Positions 48,384-59,200 of a stretch of 64,000 nt of DNA are shown here, in pieces. Source of the stretch: a virus (lineage: Duplodnaviria > Caudoviricetes); the IMG/VR virus record IMGVR_UViG_3300031994_000006, positions 96,001 to 160,000 of that record. One strand, 5' to 3'. The translations under genes were made by a program, and so were the position numbers. The stretch's first letter is position 1. The number at the start of each line of letters is the position of its first letter. The notes beneath the pieces are model-generated. The model did no database searches. It was given only the letters and a program-made list of their open reading frames with translations, and had not been told where the DNA came from.

Positions 48384-49228
48384 AGGAATTCCGTGACATA
48401 ATCCTCCGGCCTGTGCCTGATGACATTAGCCTCATCCTTGTCGCCGTGTATGGATCCCTTCCTGAGATCGGGATCCTGCATGCAGAGCGGCGTCGCCGCC
48501 ATGCACCTCGTGAGGTTGCGTTCCCATTTGCCGCAGTGCACGCCGGCCTCGAGGACCGCCGGGTTACCGGGCACGGCCCATGTGTAATAGTCCGGATTGG
48601 CGAGCCTCTCTTTCATGGACGCGATATAATAGCGCATCGCGTCGAAGCTCATATGGAACATGTCACAGTTCCATACCATGCCGTACGACGCGAGCAGCCG
48701 GCGGGTATTCGGCATCCCTATCGGCCTGATGTGCGCGAACTTCTCCTGTTCCGGGGCGACGTACCCGTCGAACAGCGCTATGTCGTAGCCGAGCGCCTCC
48801 GACATCGTGTCGATGATAAGGTCCGGATCCCTGTGGAACACGACGTCGTCCTCGATGAACAGGACCTTGCCCGTGGAGTCGGGGAACCAGCTGATGAGTT
48901 TCTCCATGACGCGGACCAGATTCAGCGAGTAGTCCCAGCACCTTATCTGTCTCTCTGAATAGGGATCCTCTCCCATATCGAGCAGCCTGCCGTCCTCGGC
49001 GAACCCGCGTACAATATTGTAGATGTACGGCATGCGTATCATGTCGGCGAAATCCCAGACGGGATCGCCACAGTTCGACCAGGTTATCTGGCCGTAGTCC
49101 ATGAGCCTCCTCGATATGCGCTCCTTGCGCTCGGGAAGGCTCAGGCAGTTCAGTATGACCACCTTCTGGTACAGCGAGGCCCACTCATGCTCAGGCCTGG
49201 CGTTTATGTCCGTTATCGTCCTGCTCAT
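48380..49228 (-). CDS. Glycosyltransferase family 25-like
   Basis: VVILNCLSLPERKERI and VLFIEDDV. Confidence 0.7.
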   Translation of the reverse strand: MSRTITDINARPEHEWASLYQKVVILNCLSLPERKERISRRLMDYGQITWSNCGDPVWDFADMIRMPYIYNIVRGFAEDGRLLDMGEDPYSERQIRCWDYSLNLVRVMEKLISWFPDSTGKVLFIEDDVVFHRDPDLIIDTMSEALGYDIALFDGYVAPEQEKFAHIRPIGMPNTRRLLASYGMVWNCDMFHMSFDAMRYYIASMKERLANPDYYTWAVPGNPAVLEAGVHCGKWERNLTRCMAATPLCMQDPDLRKGSIHGDKDEANVIRHRPEDYVTEFL

Positions 49229-49743
49229 ATATTCCAGTACTTATGCGTTATGTCATCGACGGTAAAGGAATCGCCCGGCAAAACATCGGTAATGACATAC
49301 ATACGCTGATTCGTGTCACGGCTGTCGAGTCCGCCGTGTCTCTCGTCATAAGGACCAACCTTGATATAGTCCCAGAGCACGGGATTGAGCGAGCTCTTGA
49401 ATCCGTTCATCCTGCCGGGATCGTCGGTCTCATGGAACACGGTCGACCGGGACATGCCGGTCCACCAGGCGGTTTTCAGGTTCGAGGCCCTGCAGACGCG
49501 GGCCAGATCGTTCAATGCGTCTGTGTTGAATCCTCCCTGGAACGATACACATGTTATGCCGGGATTCCTGTTGATGAGATCCGCGAGCGCCTCGCCGGTG
49601 AGCTCGTCGCCCCTGTCCTCCCAGAGGTACTTGGAATGACAGCCCGGACAGTGGACCGTGCATCCCGTGATGTTGATGAGCAGCGAGATCTCACCGGGTA
49701 TCTCCCGGAATCCCACTGTCGCGTCTTCCTTGATGTATTTCAT
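49225..49743 (-). CDS. nrdG: Anaerobic ribonucleotide reductase activase (radical SAM)
   Basis: FREIPGEISL..TGCTVHCPGCHS (CxxxCxxC), YIKVGPY, TNQRMY. Confidence 0.9.
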   Translation of the reverse strand: MKYIKEDATVGFREIPGEISLLINITGCTVHCPGCHSKYLWEDRGDELTGEALADLINRNPGITCVSFQGGFNTDALNDLARVCRASNLKTAWWTGMSRSTVFHETDDPGRMNGFKSSLNPVLWDYIKVGPYDERHGGLDSRDTNQRMYVITDVLPGDSFTVDDITHKYWNI

Positions 49744-49744
49744 G

Positions 49745-50068
49745 TCAGCCGTCAAGGGCGCATAGCGCCTGATGTTTGAATTTCTCATAGAATATATGCC
49801 ATGCGAACTTGATTTCCTCGGTATCCGAATCCTTCTTGTCCGGATGGCCGCACATTACATAGCTGTTGTCAAGACGGCCGCTCATCCATGTGTGCAGGAC
49901 AGGGACGTCCCATGCATGCAGCGTCCCCTTGCAGTGCGGGCAGACATTGGTGCACCGCTCACTGCCGGCATAGCACGGCAGGCCGCTTCCCTTGCACTTC
50001 TCGTCCCAGACGACAAGGTGGAAGTCGGTCGTGATCTGTCCGGTCTTGTAGTCATATGTCGATGCCAT
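49745..50068 (-). CDS. Cys-rich hypothetical protein
   Basis: In operon. Confidence 0.65.
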   Translation of the reverse strand: MASTYDYKTGQITTDFHLVVWDEKCKGSGLPCYAGSERCTNVCPHCKGTLHAWDVPVLHTWMSGRLDNSYVMCGHPDKKDSDTEEIKFAWHIFYEKFKHQALCALDG

Positions 50069-50271
50069 CAGCCTTTGTTTTTCAGATAATCACAGAGCGC
50101 GATTTTGGCAGTCCTGTATCCGTTATACCATTTCAGGCACGTATGGCAGTGCTCCTTGTCACATTTCTCACGAGTCTCATTCACAGTGCCGTCGCACTTA
50201 AAGCACCTGCACCATGTGGATGCGGCGTCCCTTGCGATCTGATCCAGTATTTCGTCTGTCTGTTGTGCCAT
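50068..50271 (-). CDS. Small Cys-rich protein
   Basis: CRCFKC, CHTC. Confidence 0.65.
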   Translation of the reverse strand: MAQQTDEILDQIARDAASTWCRCFKCDGTVNETREKCDKEHCHTCLKWYNGYRTAKIALCDYLKNKG

Positions 50272-50769
50272 CTATTTGACCTTCTTCAGTTTAATCGTAC
50301 TGTAGTGCCAGGGGCCTCGTTTATAGTCACCGTTTTTGTCCCTGTACCAGCATGATGAGCTTCCCGTGATGGTCTCCTTCCCCTTCAGGCCGGGGAACAT
50401 CTTGTAGAAGCGCTTCCATGCGGACTTGCGCTTGAGTTTCGGCACACGGATCATCGAACTGTGCGCCCAACTCTCGCCTTCGCCTATGAAGCTGCAATCA
50501 TTGTCCTTCTGACGCTGCGGCTTCTTATAACTGTATGAATGACTCTGTACGTAATAATCGACGTTCTTCAGCATCGACTCCGCAATCTTCAGCTTCTCAC
50601 GGATCTCCTCGTCTGTCGGCTTGTTATACAGATGAATCAGATATCCTACCCGCCAGTCCCTGTAACCGGCAAGCCATGCACGGCATACCTTGACCTCACT
50701 CTCCCAGTTTTCCAGGAATCTCTTCCTGAAATCCTCATTATACTGCTCTATGGTATTCGTTCTCTTCAT
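50272..50769 (-). CDS. Basic hypothetical protein
   Basis: In operon; CGTATAAT upstream. Confidence 0.7.
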   Translation of the reverse strand: MKRTNTIEQYNEDFRKRFLENWESEVKVCRAWLAGYRDWRVGYLIHLYNKPTDEEIREKLKIAESMLKNVDYYVQSHSYSYKKPQRQKDNDCSFIGEGESWAHSSMIRVPKLKRKSAWKRFYKMFPGLKGKETITGSSSCWYRDKNGDYKRGPWHYSTIKLKKVK

Positions 50770-50812
50770 AAGACAGAATTTTATATTATACGCGACTATG
50801 CCTTGTCAATCC

Positions 50813-51214
50813 TCAGTTGATCAGGATGAAATTCTCACCGTATGCGGTATCCCTGTGACGGGGATCGTACCAGAGGTCCTCCCTCCAGCCAGGACGGTCC
50901 ATCCTGTCCCATTTCCAGGGACGCTTCCACTCCCATGACGGATGCATGGACCTGAGCTCGTCATGCGTCTTATGCCGGCGGAGCAGTACGGACCTGCCCT
51001 TCGTGAACATGCGGGCCTCGGGCCTGTTTGTACAGTATGATCCGTAATACTTCCAGTCGTCTGTAGGGACTATGTCCCCCGCCACGGCCCTGAACAGCCC
51101 GTTCTTCACCTCGGCGGCTTCTGTGAAGAGTATGTAGCCCTCCCGGATCTCATGCCGCCTGAGCTCAGTATTCCACCTGCGCTCGAATACATTATGTTTC
51201 CAGACTCTGATCAT
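50813..51214 (-). CDS. Trp/Arg-rich hypothetical protein, first gene after cassette 5
   Basis: Starts 20 nt after TATCTTCGC. Confidence 0.7.
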   Translation of the reverse strand: MIRVWKHNVFERRWNTELRRHEIREGYILFTEAAEVKNGLFRAVAGDIVPTDDWKYYGSYCTNRPEARMFTKGRSVLLRRHKTHDELRSMHPSWEWKRPWKWDRMDRPGWREDLWYDPRHRDTAYGENFILIN

Positions 51215-51233
51215 ATTCTCTCTGTTTTATACC

Positions 51234-51292
51234 GCGAAGATAGCGCTTTTTTCCGGGAATAAAAAAATCCTGCAGCGTTTTTCTGCAGGATT
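51234..51292 (-). promoter_or_regulatory. Terminator/promoter cassette copy 5
   Basis: Same hairpin, 23 nt, TATCTTCGC. Confidence 0.8.
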
Positions 51293-51298
51293 CAGCGT

Positions 51299-51811
51299 TT
51301 ATCGGTATGATCTGAGCAGGCTGATTTCCACGTCCCAGTAGTCTATCCCGAGGTTCTCGGCGAATTTCCTGTCGCTGTCCGAGAAGTCGCCGGGCTTACC
51401 CGACGCGTCGCCTATCATCAGGCACCGGGACTTGAATCCGGGATCCTCAACCTCCTTGTACGGAATGTAGTGCGAGATGCAGTGTTCGGCCATGCCGGTG
51501 TTCGGCTTGCGCCAGGGATCCGCCTTGTCCTTCGAGCCGCAGTATACGGCCCAGGCCTCGCATCCGATGTAGTCTGCACAGGCGGCGGCCACATACTCAA
51601 GCTTCTTCCTGAAATAGTCCTCGTTCACGTATTCGCCGAGGCCTCCCTGGTTCGTCACGATGAAGAGCTTCTTCGGCTTGAGCTTCTTTATTCTCTCAAG
51701 GACGTCAATTCTGAGCTCCATGTCCCACACGCCCCTGGGGAACGTATCGCCGCTCCTGGTGCGGATGAGCGTGTCGTCCATGTCGGCGAAGATGTATCTG
51801 TACTCCTTCAT
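51299..51811 (-). CDS. HAD-IIIA polynucleotide 3'-phosphatase-like (PNK3P)
   Basis: DMDDTLI.T.SG, VTNQGG, RKPNTGM, IGDASG..FSDSDRKFA. Confidence 0.85.
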   Translation of the reverse strand: MKEYRYIFADMDDTLIRTRSGDTFPRGVWDMELRIDVLERIKKLKPKKLFIVTNQGGLGEYVNEDYFRKKLEYVAAACADYIGCEAWAVYCGSKDKADPWRKPNTGMAEHCISHYIPYKEVEDPGFKSRCLMIGDASGKPGDFSDSDRKFAENLGIDYWDVEISLLRSYR

Positions 51812-54117
51812 CAGTCGAGGACCCCTCCTAAGGCCTGTTCAGCGTCCTGGTATACCCTGAGCTTCTGCTCCTCGCGCCTCGGCCTCGACCAGTTGTAGAT
51901 CTTGGTGAGATAGCCGATGATGCGGTCCCAATGATCGATATGCTCGGATCCGCAGTGCGGGCACTTCGAGACGGGACGCTTGCCTATCCACCCGCAGTCG
52001 CGGCACTCGCTCTGGGGCACGTTATAGGTGAAGTAGCTGCATCCGGTCTCGCCTGCGTAGTTGAGCAGCTTCCAGTTCTGGTCCGCGTCGAGGTGCTCCG
52101 ACAGGTTGATGTGCGCGGCGGATCCGCCGTCGAGGAAGTCGCCGATATAGTCGCGGCCGTGCATGCGCATCTTGTCCAGCGCGGACAGATCCGGGTTGTA
52201 CGGTTCGAACACGTAGCTGGTGTAGAGGTTGACGTCATCAGGCACCCAGTAGCCGTCGGCCTTGTCCCAGTTGTAGTTCTTGGCCGCGAGCGACTCAGCG
52301 GGGATAAGCTCGGTATTGAACGACAGCGTATGGTTGTTGAACTTGCCGGACGCCCTGGTGTTGCACTCCTTGATATAGCCGAACAGCGTCTGACAGAACT
52401 CCTTGTATCCCTCGTTGTCGGTGCATTTGAGCCCCATGAACCTCGCGGCCTCGTTCAGGCCGTTCAGGCCGATCGTCAGGTACTGGCGGTTCAGGTCGAT
52501 GAAGCCTGCCTCGTAGACGGGCAGCAGATGCGCATCGTAATGGTCCCACAGGATCTCGTTGTACGCTGTATGGTAACGGTACACATGCTTGAGTATCTTG
52601 CCCAGGTACTCCTTGAAGCCGTCGTACCAGGCGGCCTTATCGGTCGCGAAGTCCGCGGTGTCCTCATCGGCGCAGTAGTCCTGCGTGATACGCGACAGGT
52701 TGAGCGTGATGACGGACTTGGATCCGGTCATGATGCCCATATTGCCGTTCGTGAAGCTGAACTCCCTCGTCTTGAGCTTGTTCTTCAGGCGGCAGCAGCT
52801 CGACAGTGAATCGACGGTGTCGCTGATGTACGTGAAGAAGCTGTGTCCGCGGGCGTACTCCTCCGCGACGAACCTGGCGGTCTCCTCATCCTCGAATTTG
52901 CCGTCCCTGTAGATGAGCGAGAACGACTCGACGGGGAACGTCAGGATGGTCCTGAGGCGCTCGTCGTTGAACCACTGCATGAACTCGCGCTGTATCCAGT
53001 CGAGGGACTCCCAGTCGGGCCTGGATCCGTCGGGAAACACGAACTCGCCGAACATGGCGTCGAAGAACGGATGGTCGAAATACGCGAAGTTTGTGAAAGC
53101 CGACTGCATGCCCCTGGCCGCGGCGGGCTGGTTTATGCCGTAAATCATGGACTGCCAGTACTGGCGGATCTGATACCTGATGGTCTTGATCCTCCTGCAG
53201 CCGGGGCCTGAGATGACCTCCTCGGGACGCTTCCAGAAGTCATCGCCCCATTCCTTCTTGCAGAAGTAGGTGAAGTAGAGCAGCGTCTCAGGCAGTGCGA
53301 CGGCGCCCGCGAACTGAGCCGACAGCGCGAACACCAGGTTGACGTACATGCCGCAGAACGAATCGATGTTCTTCGGGGCGGCGGACAGTCCGCCGAGGTC
53401 CTTGATGCCGTTCAGTATGAAGGGGTACATGGTGGCGGCCACGCAGTACGGGCTGCCGGCGAACGCGAAGTTGGACTCGTCGTTCTTGTAGATGATGCGT
53501 CCGCGGAGGTCGCGGAGGTACTGCTTGGAGTCCTTCTCGGGGAACAGGTCCTCGAGCTTGTCCATGATCATCTCACGGCTGATCTCCACGTTGTCAGCCT
53601 TGTGTATCTCGGCGTTCAGGATGCCGATGTTCTTGCCCTTGACGTTGCTGTTGTCGTCGATGGTCGCGTCGGCCGTGTTCTGCTGACGCTTGTAGTTCTC
53701 GACGTACGCCTTCTTCTTGGCCACGTAATCGCGCGTCTTCTTGCGGTCCGCGCGGAACAAGATGTAGGCCTTGGCCACGTCGGGGTTCTCCTTCATCAGG
53801 AAGTACTCGATGACGTCCTGCAGGTCCTCGACGTGGATCTTGTCGTCATCGAACTTGTCGTCGAATTTGTCAAGGTAGTAGTTGAAGCGCCTGTAGAGGT
53901 TGGCGGGAATCTCCTGTCCCGCGTCGCCGTACGCCGCGGCGACCCCCTTCTTGATCTTCTTGATGTTGTATTTCTGGATTTTGCCGTTACGCTTGACGAC
54001 CAACTTGATCTTCCTGGCGTAAGGGGCTTTCTCCTGTGTCTGTGCGGCGATAAGGCCCTCGCCGGAAGAGGCGTCGTCATATGACGACTTTGCGTTTTCA
54101 CTGATTTTCTTCTTCAT
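51811..54117 (-). CDS. nrdD: Anaerobic (class III) ribonucleoside-triphosphate reductase with ATP cone
   Basis: VVKRNG ATP cone, SSCCRL, PAESL, C-terminal CxxC..CPHCGS and RIIGY glycyl-radical motif. Confidence 0.95.
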   Translation of the reverse strand: MKKKISENAKSSYDDASSGEGLIAAQTQEKAPYARKIKLVVKRNGKIQKYNIKKIKKGVAAAYGDAGQEIPANLYRRFNYYLDKFDDKFDDDKIHVEDLQDVIEYFLMKENPDVAKAYILFRADRKKTRDYVAKKKAYVENYKRQQNTADATIDDNSNVKGKNIGILNAEIHKADNVEISREMIMDKLEDLFPEKDSKQYLRDLRGRIIYKNDESNFAFAGSPYCVAATMYPFILNGIKDLGGLSAAPKNIDSFCGMYVNLVFALSAQFAGAVALPETLLYFTYFCKKEWGDDFWKRPEEVISGPGCRRIKTIRYQIRQYWQSMIYGINQPAAARGMQSAFTNFAYFDHPFFDAMFGEFVFPDGSRPDWESLDWIQREFMQWFNDERLRTILTFPVESFSLIYRDGKFEDEETARFVAEEYARGHSFFTYISDTVDSLSSCCRLKNKLKTREFSFTNGNMGIMTGSKSVITLNLSRITQDYCADEDTADFATDKAAWYDGFKEYLGKILKHVYRYHTAYNEILWDHYDAHLLPVYEAGFIDLNRQYLTIGLNGLNEAARFMGLKCTDNEGYKEFCQTLFGYIKECNTRASGKFNNHTLSFNTELIPAESLAAKNYNWDKADGYWVPDDVNLYTSYVFEPYNPDLSALDKMRMHGRDYIGDFLDGGSAAHINLSEHLDADQNWKLLNYAGETGCSYFTYNVPQSECRDCGWIGKRPVSKCPHCGSEHIDHWDRIIGYLTKIYNWSRPRREEQKLRVYQDAEQALGGVLD

Positions 54118-54192
54118 ACGAACGGTCAAATATACGTTTGTATAGCTTTTGTGGTTCCCACAACGGAAACACGCGGATTATCTATCACATAA

Positions 54193-54220
54193 ATTAAACG
54201 TGAAAACAGGCAAAAATCAC
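54193..54220 (-). promoter_or_regulatory. ECF-like promoter GTGATT-N14-CGTTTAAT
   Basis: Upstream of nrdD; GATAGATA also at 54179-54186. Confidence 0.55.
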
Positions 54221-54355
54221 AGTTTTTTTACCAGTATAGCCGGTAAAAAACTGATAAAAAAATTAAGTTTTCCATAAATGTTTGAAAATCAGGACCGGCA
54301 GTTTCCGTACAGAACGGACAAGGCTGAAATTTTAGCGTTTCGGCCCTGAAAATTT

Positions 54356-55897
54356 TCATGGATAGCCCGGTATGCCGAAATGGTTGATGCCCTGCGGGCC
54401 CCATGAACCGAGGAGGAAGGCGATCCACTGGAGGTTGTACACCTGCAGGTTCTCATAGCGGGGAAGCGGCTCGACCTCCTTCAGTATCATCATGAGCGGC
54501 TCGACGATGCGGCATATGGCCTGCGTGTTCATGTCAGACATGACGAGCCTCGCCCTGAACACAGGAGGCTCCATGAACCACTCAGGAGTCATAATCGGCG
54601 GGAACGCGGGCTCGAAGGCCGCCAGGATGGCATCGGTCATCTCGGTCCCCTTGGACGTATTGCCCGAGTTGAGGCTCGGCAGCCTGTTGACGAACTTGCC
54701 CGGTATCCTGACGAGCGACCTCGGCGTGAATCCGAAGTTGACGGAGTCCGGCTCTATCAGGAACGGGACCATGGACTCCACGGCCACCTTATAGACGACC
54801 GCGAACGCGGCGTTCAACTGCGCGTTCAGGGCCGCCAGGGCCGCGATGCACGCCTCGACCCCTGCGAACAGGGCCTCCAGTCCCGCCGTGGCGCCGTCGG
54901 TCCAGTTCTTCTTCCTCGACAGGAGCTCCAGGATGAGGTCGTTCTTCCAGATGAGCACGTTGTTGATCTGGATCTTGACATAACACATCAGCATGTTGGC
55001 CACGGTCTTGAAGTATACGGCGAATATGCCGTCGAATCCGCCGGCGCCGCCGAGTCCCTGCTCAAGGTCCTCATTGTCCCTGAGTCCTGATATATTGCCC
55101 GAGCCTATGTCCTGCAGGCCCGTCGTCACTACGTCATTATACGAGTTATACCCGCCCACGGTGCCCGCATGCGCAAGGGCCGTCGCATTGATTCCGGCTC
55201 CGGCCGACGTCACCGCCCCAGCCGCCGACGTCACCGCCCCAGCCGCCGATGATACGGCCCCAGCCGCCGATGACACGGCGTTCTGTGCGGACTGGATGAT
55301 GTTGCCCTTGCCCGGGATGAGCGCCGCGGCCTGTGACAGATCGGCCGAACCGACGGCAGACAGCACGGACTGCGCCGTCTCCAGGACGCTCAGCAGCTGG
55401 TTCGCGGCCTTGACCTGTCCCTTGATATTGCCTATGAGGCCGTCGTTGTTTACGCCCCTCCTGGCCTCCTGGAACTCCTTCCAGACGTCCGCGACGGCCT
55501 GCGGCTTCATAAGGTTCATGGCCTGCCTGCACTTCCATGCGCCGCAGAGTCCGTCCTTCGACGGTTTAAGCAGGGGCCTGCCGCATATCGGGCACGTGCC
55601 GAATCCGGTCGTGTCGCCGCGGTCCGTATGGATACGGTTGTCCAGGGCCGTGTCCTTGAGCAGGCTGAGGTTCTCGGTCACGGAGCCGCCGTTCCTGAGG
55701 AAGTCCTTGACGTCGAATCCGTCCGAGAACCTCTCCACGAAGTCGAGCTTCTGGAGCAGGGGAAGAGCCGGCGTGCCCGTGATGCCGGCGCCTTTGCCGC
55801 CATCCACCTCGAGATGCGCCTGAAGCACGGCGAATCCCTCTTCCGCCGCCCGTCCGGTCGTCACGTCATTGTTCTTGTCAAAAGCATCTTTGGCCAT
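54356..55897 (-). CDS. Probable late/structural protein with Zn-finger and Ala/Gly-rich heptad repeats
   Basis: CPICG..LC...C; SAAGAV(S/T) repeats; late-type GATAGATA at 55906-55913 suggests the MAKD start. Confidence 0.65.
   Translation of the reverse strand: MAKDAFDKNNDVTTGRAAEEGFAVLQAHLEVDGGKGAGITGTPALPLLQKLDFVERFSDGFDVKDFLRNGGSVTENLSLLKDTALDNRIHTDRGDTTGFGTCPICGRPLLKPSKDGLCGAWKCRQAMNLMKPQAVADVWKEFQEARRGVNNDGLIGNIKGQVKAANQLLSVLETAQSVLSAVGSADLSQAAALIPGKGNIIQSAQNAVSSAAGAVSSAAGAVTSAAGAVTSAGAGINATALAHAGTVGGYNSYNDVVTTGLQDIGSGNISGLRDNEDLEQGLGGAGGFDGIFAVYFKTVANMLMCYVKIQINNVLIWKNDLILELLSRKKNWTDGATAGLEALFAGVEACIAALAALNAQLNAAFAVVYKVAVESMVPFLIEPDSVNFGFTPRSLVRIPGKFVNRLPSLNSGNTSKGTEMTDAILAAFEPAFPPIMTPEWFMEPPVFRARLVMSDMNTQAICRIVEPLMMILKEVEPLPRYENLQVYNLQWIAFLLGSWGPQGINHFGIPGYP
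55203..55277 (-). repeat. 21-bp in-frame tandem repeat (~4 copies)
   Basis: GCCGA(C/T)G(T/A)(C/T)AC(C/G)GCCCCAGCC units. Confidence 0.8.
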
Positions 55898-56273
55898 ATA
55901 CCGCATATCTATCGGCCTCGCGCGCGCATGCCGTGTACGCACATTCCCGCGCCATGCGCACAATGTGTATGCACACGCTTACGCGCACCTGTACGTTAAG
56001 TCGCCGGCCGATTAAGTTTTTTTATTAAAGTAAATTACTTCTATTAACCCCTTTTCAGAATCTCCTATTAACAAATATTGATATCGCGCGCGTGAGAAAA
56101 GGTCACATGAATTTAAGCTAAAATTATTTGAATTTAATTATTTTTAGAGAATAAACGCAAATAGTCATATATATGCAGTTAAAGTATGGTCAACTGCAAA
56201 TTATACTAAACAGGTCCCGGACAGGCCTTTTCTGTAAAAACCGATATATACGATAACGGTATTTTCTGTCTAT

Positions 56274-59200
56274 ATGCTTACTGAAAACTTCAATATCCGC
56301 AAGGGATTCCAGTTCAAGGAGAGATTCGAGCGTGCGCCGTTCGAACAGAGGTGGGACGAGCCCACGTACCTCACCTTCAAGATTGAGTTCGACTTCGACG
56401 ACGTCTATTCGAGACTGACGTCCGAGATGTCGTTCGACGACATCCCGCAGGGTCTGTTGATATTGCCCGTGACAAGGCTTGATCCGGATCCCGGCGAGAC
56501 GCTCGAGCTGCTCGTCAAGGAACTTGATCCGTATGACGGACAGGGACAGGGCGCCGGTTTCGAGGAAAGCCTCATCGGCTCGGATTCAGGATATAACCAG
56601 AGAATTAACAAATACATCGGCAATGTATCCGATGACAAGCGGTATTCGGCACTCGAGTACCTGCTGCGCCGAAATGAAGACTACCGTGCATGGTGCCTCG
56701 CCAGGTTCCTCCAGGGACTGACCGCGCTGCAGAACGAGTATCAGTACTACTTCCAGGAGATACAGGGCCTCGACGCGCTGTCGGGGCTGACGCCTGACAA
56801 GGGCTGGCAGATAGACAAGAACGCTGTAATCACCATCAAGTGCCTCGAGGGCCTCGATCAGAAGGTCAAGTACCTGTTCTACCTGTACCGTGAGGCCGCA
56901 TGGGACGCCGAGTACCAGAGATGGATACTCCCCGACATATACAGGTACTTCAAGATGAATATATTCGTCTCGGAGATACGTACGTTCCACCAGTCGAACT
57001 TCGCCGAGTCCGGCGCAGCGGCCGACCTGTTGACGAGTATCGCGACGAAGTACGTCAACAAGTGGGCCAATCAGTTCCTTGACAAGGTCGCCGACTGGAC
57101 CAAGGGCGCGATCGACGTCAATGTCAATATGGATCTGCAGCGCCTTAACATCATATCGACGGCGGTGCCCATCACGTGTTTCCGCTGCGAGATGTGCGAC
57201 TTTGACATAGCCCGCAATATGTACAGCGACTCCTATAGCATCAACAACGACAGGCCGGAGGAGTCGGTGCTCAAGATCAGGGTGAAGAAGTGTGAGATAC
57301 TCAACCACTGGAAGATTGGCGGCAAGGACGGCATACTGCTCAAGAACCTGAAGAGCTGGCTCGAGCGTCAGTACGGCCCGGACAGGGCGCATGCCGCGTA
57401 CGGCTTCATACAGGAGGGCATGCATGACGAGATGTGGTTCAACGGGACCGAGAACCTGTCGGATGATGACAAGTCCAGGGGGTACTCGAAGGTCATAGCC
57501 GACGGATGGGGCATGAATGCCGCCAGAGGCGTGCTCGACACGCTCTCCGGCAAGAACGGATCCGGCATACTCGACATGGCCGCCGGCATATACTCGACGG
57601 TCAAGAACGCCGTGGCCGAGCGCAGGGCGACAAAGGGCGAGTATGTCGAGTCGGCCGCCACGAATCCGTCGGACGAGCAGGAGTCCGCGCTCATATCCCT
57701 GGTGCTGACGCAGATGTACGCGAATGCAATGGCCGCACCGGCCGGAACCCTGTCACAGGCCGAGCTCGAGGCGCTCAGGATAGCGGCGCATCCCTCGGAG
57801 AGGCTGAGCGACAGCTCGGTCTATGAGACCATCATAAACCAGGTGGCCATTATACCCCATACACACGAGCCTCTGTTCCAGGACGAGACCATTGACGGCT
57901 CGGTCGTACAGTCCGCGATGCCTTCGTTCAATATGGCGGAGGTCGAGGTCGGACGCTTCAAGGACGTCAGCCTCAGGGACGTGTCCGTCTACGGATTCGC
58001 CGACACTTCCGTCGAGTCGCCCGATCCTTCGATGATGCTGGCCGATACCTCGTTCAGAGGGGTTCCCTTGGGCGAGCTGGCCGATACGTCGTTCAGGGAG
58101 GTTCCCCTGGGCGAGCTGGCCGATACCTCGTTCCGTGAGGTGTCCGTCGGCAGGCTCGTGGATACATCGTTCCGCGGGGTGCCTCTCGGCAGGCTCAAGC
58201 CCACTTCGTTCAGAGAGGTGTCCGTCGGCAAACTCGCGGATACCTCGTTCCGTGAGGTTCCGCTCGGCGGGCTTTCGGATACGTCGTTCAGGGAGGTGTC
58301 CGTCGGCGTGCTCGCGGACGTCAGCCTTACCGGTTCAGGTCCCGGCGGATTCGCGGACGTCAGCCTTACGGGTTCCGAACCCGGCGGATTCACGGATGTC
58401 TCCATCTGGTCGCCCGGCGTTGATCCGATACTGTGGCCGCTCGGAATACCCGGAGATGTGGACGCGTCGACCGACTCATCGGTTGAGATCGGCGAGTATG
58501 AGATGCTCGGCCTGAGGGATCTCGACGGCGTCATCACGGGCACCGGTCCCGGCTCGTTCAGGCCGGTCGAGGTCAGCGGCGTCATGCATGAGACGAGCGT
58601 CGGCGGACTGGACGGCGACTACAGCCCGTCATTCGCCGAGCAGGAGATGACAGGCACCTATAATGATCCTGACATGGGAGAATACAGCATGACCGGTGCC
58701 GAGCCCGGCGCCATGGCGGAGGTCATCGTCAGCTCGCCTGACAGGCCTGCGGGCCGGATAGAGACCGCGGTCGACAGCGCCGGCCGTGTCCCTGAGATGT
58801 ACGAGACGGCCGTCCTGTCACCCGTACCGGTACCGGCGGAGGTCAGGGAACAGCAGATTGCCGGATACGAGGCTGACAACATACCGGTCCGCGAGGCCCA
58901 GATTACCGGATACGGCGACATACAGTCGGAGGTCAGGGAGACGCTGATTATGGGACCGGACTATTCGCCCATGGCGCCGCAGGTTCCCTCGATGCAGGCA
59001 CCGGCAGTGCAGACGGAGCCCGGAGACGCCCGTCCTCAGGGAAGGGACTATGCACCCGTGATGTCGGAAGCCGGCGTCAGCTCGCCCGATCCTGACATGA
59101 GCGTCGCTGAGCATGAGGTCAGCTCGCCCGCCCCGGAGATGCCGCAGGGAGAGACCAGGGTCGACTCGCCCGCCCCGGATATGAAAGTGAAGGAGGCTGG

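Noticed and set aside
50068-50769. In-frame TAG directly followed by ATG (50272-50274) suggesting stop-codon recoding (code 15) as in Lak or some crAss-like phages
   Set aside because: Very long genes are intact under code 11, and other TAG stops (6922, 25782, 27669, 44880) are followed directly by terminators or promoters
39122-54117. Introns or inteins in terL and nrdD
   Set aside because: Both ORFs are continuous, of ordinary length, and lack intein or homing-endonuclease motifs
58038-58410. 39-bp repeats as a CRISPR array or DGR template/variable repeats
   Set aside because: In-frame coding repeats without unique spacers; variation is not adenine-specific; no reverse transcriptase in the window
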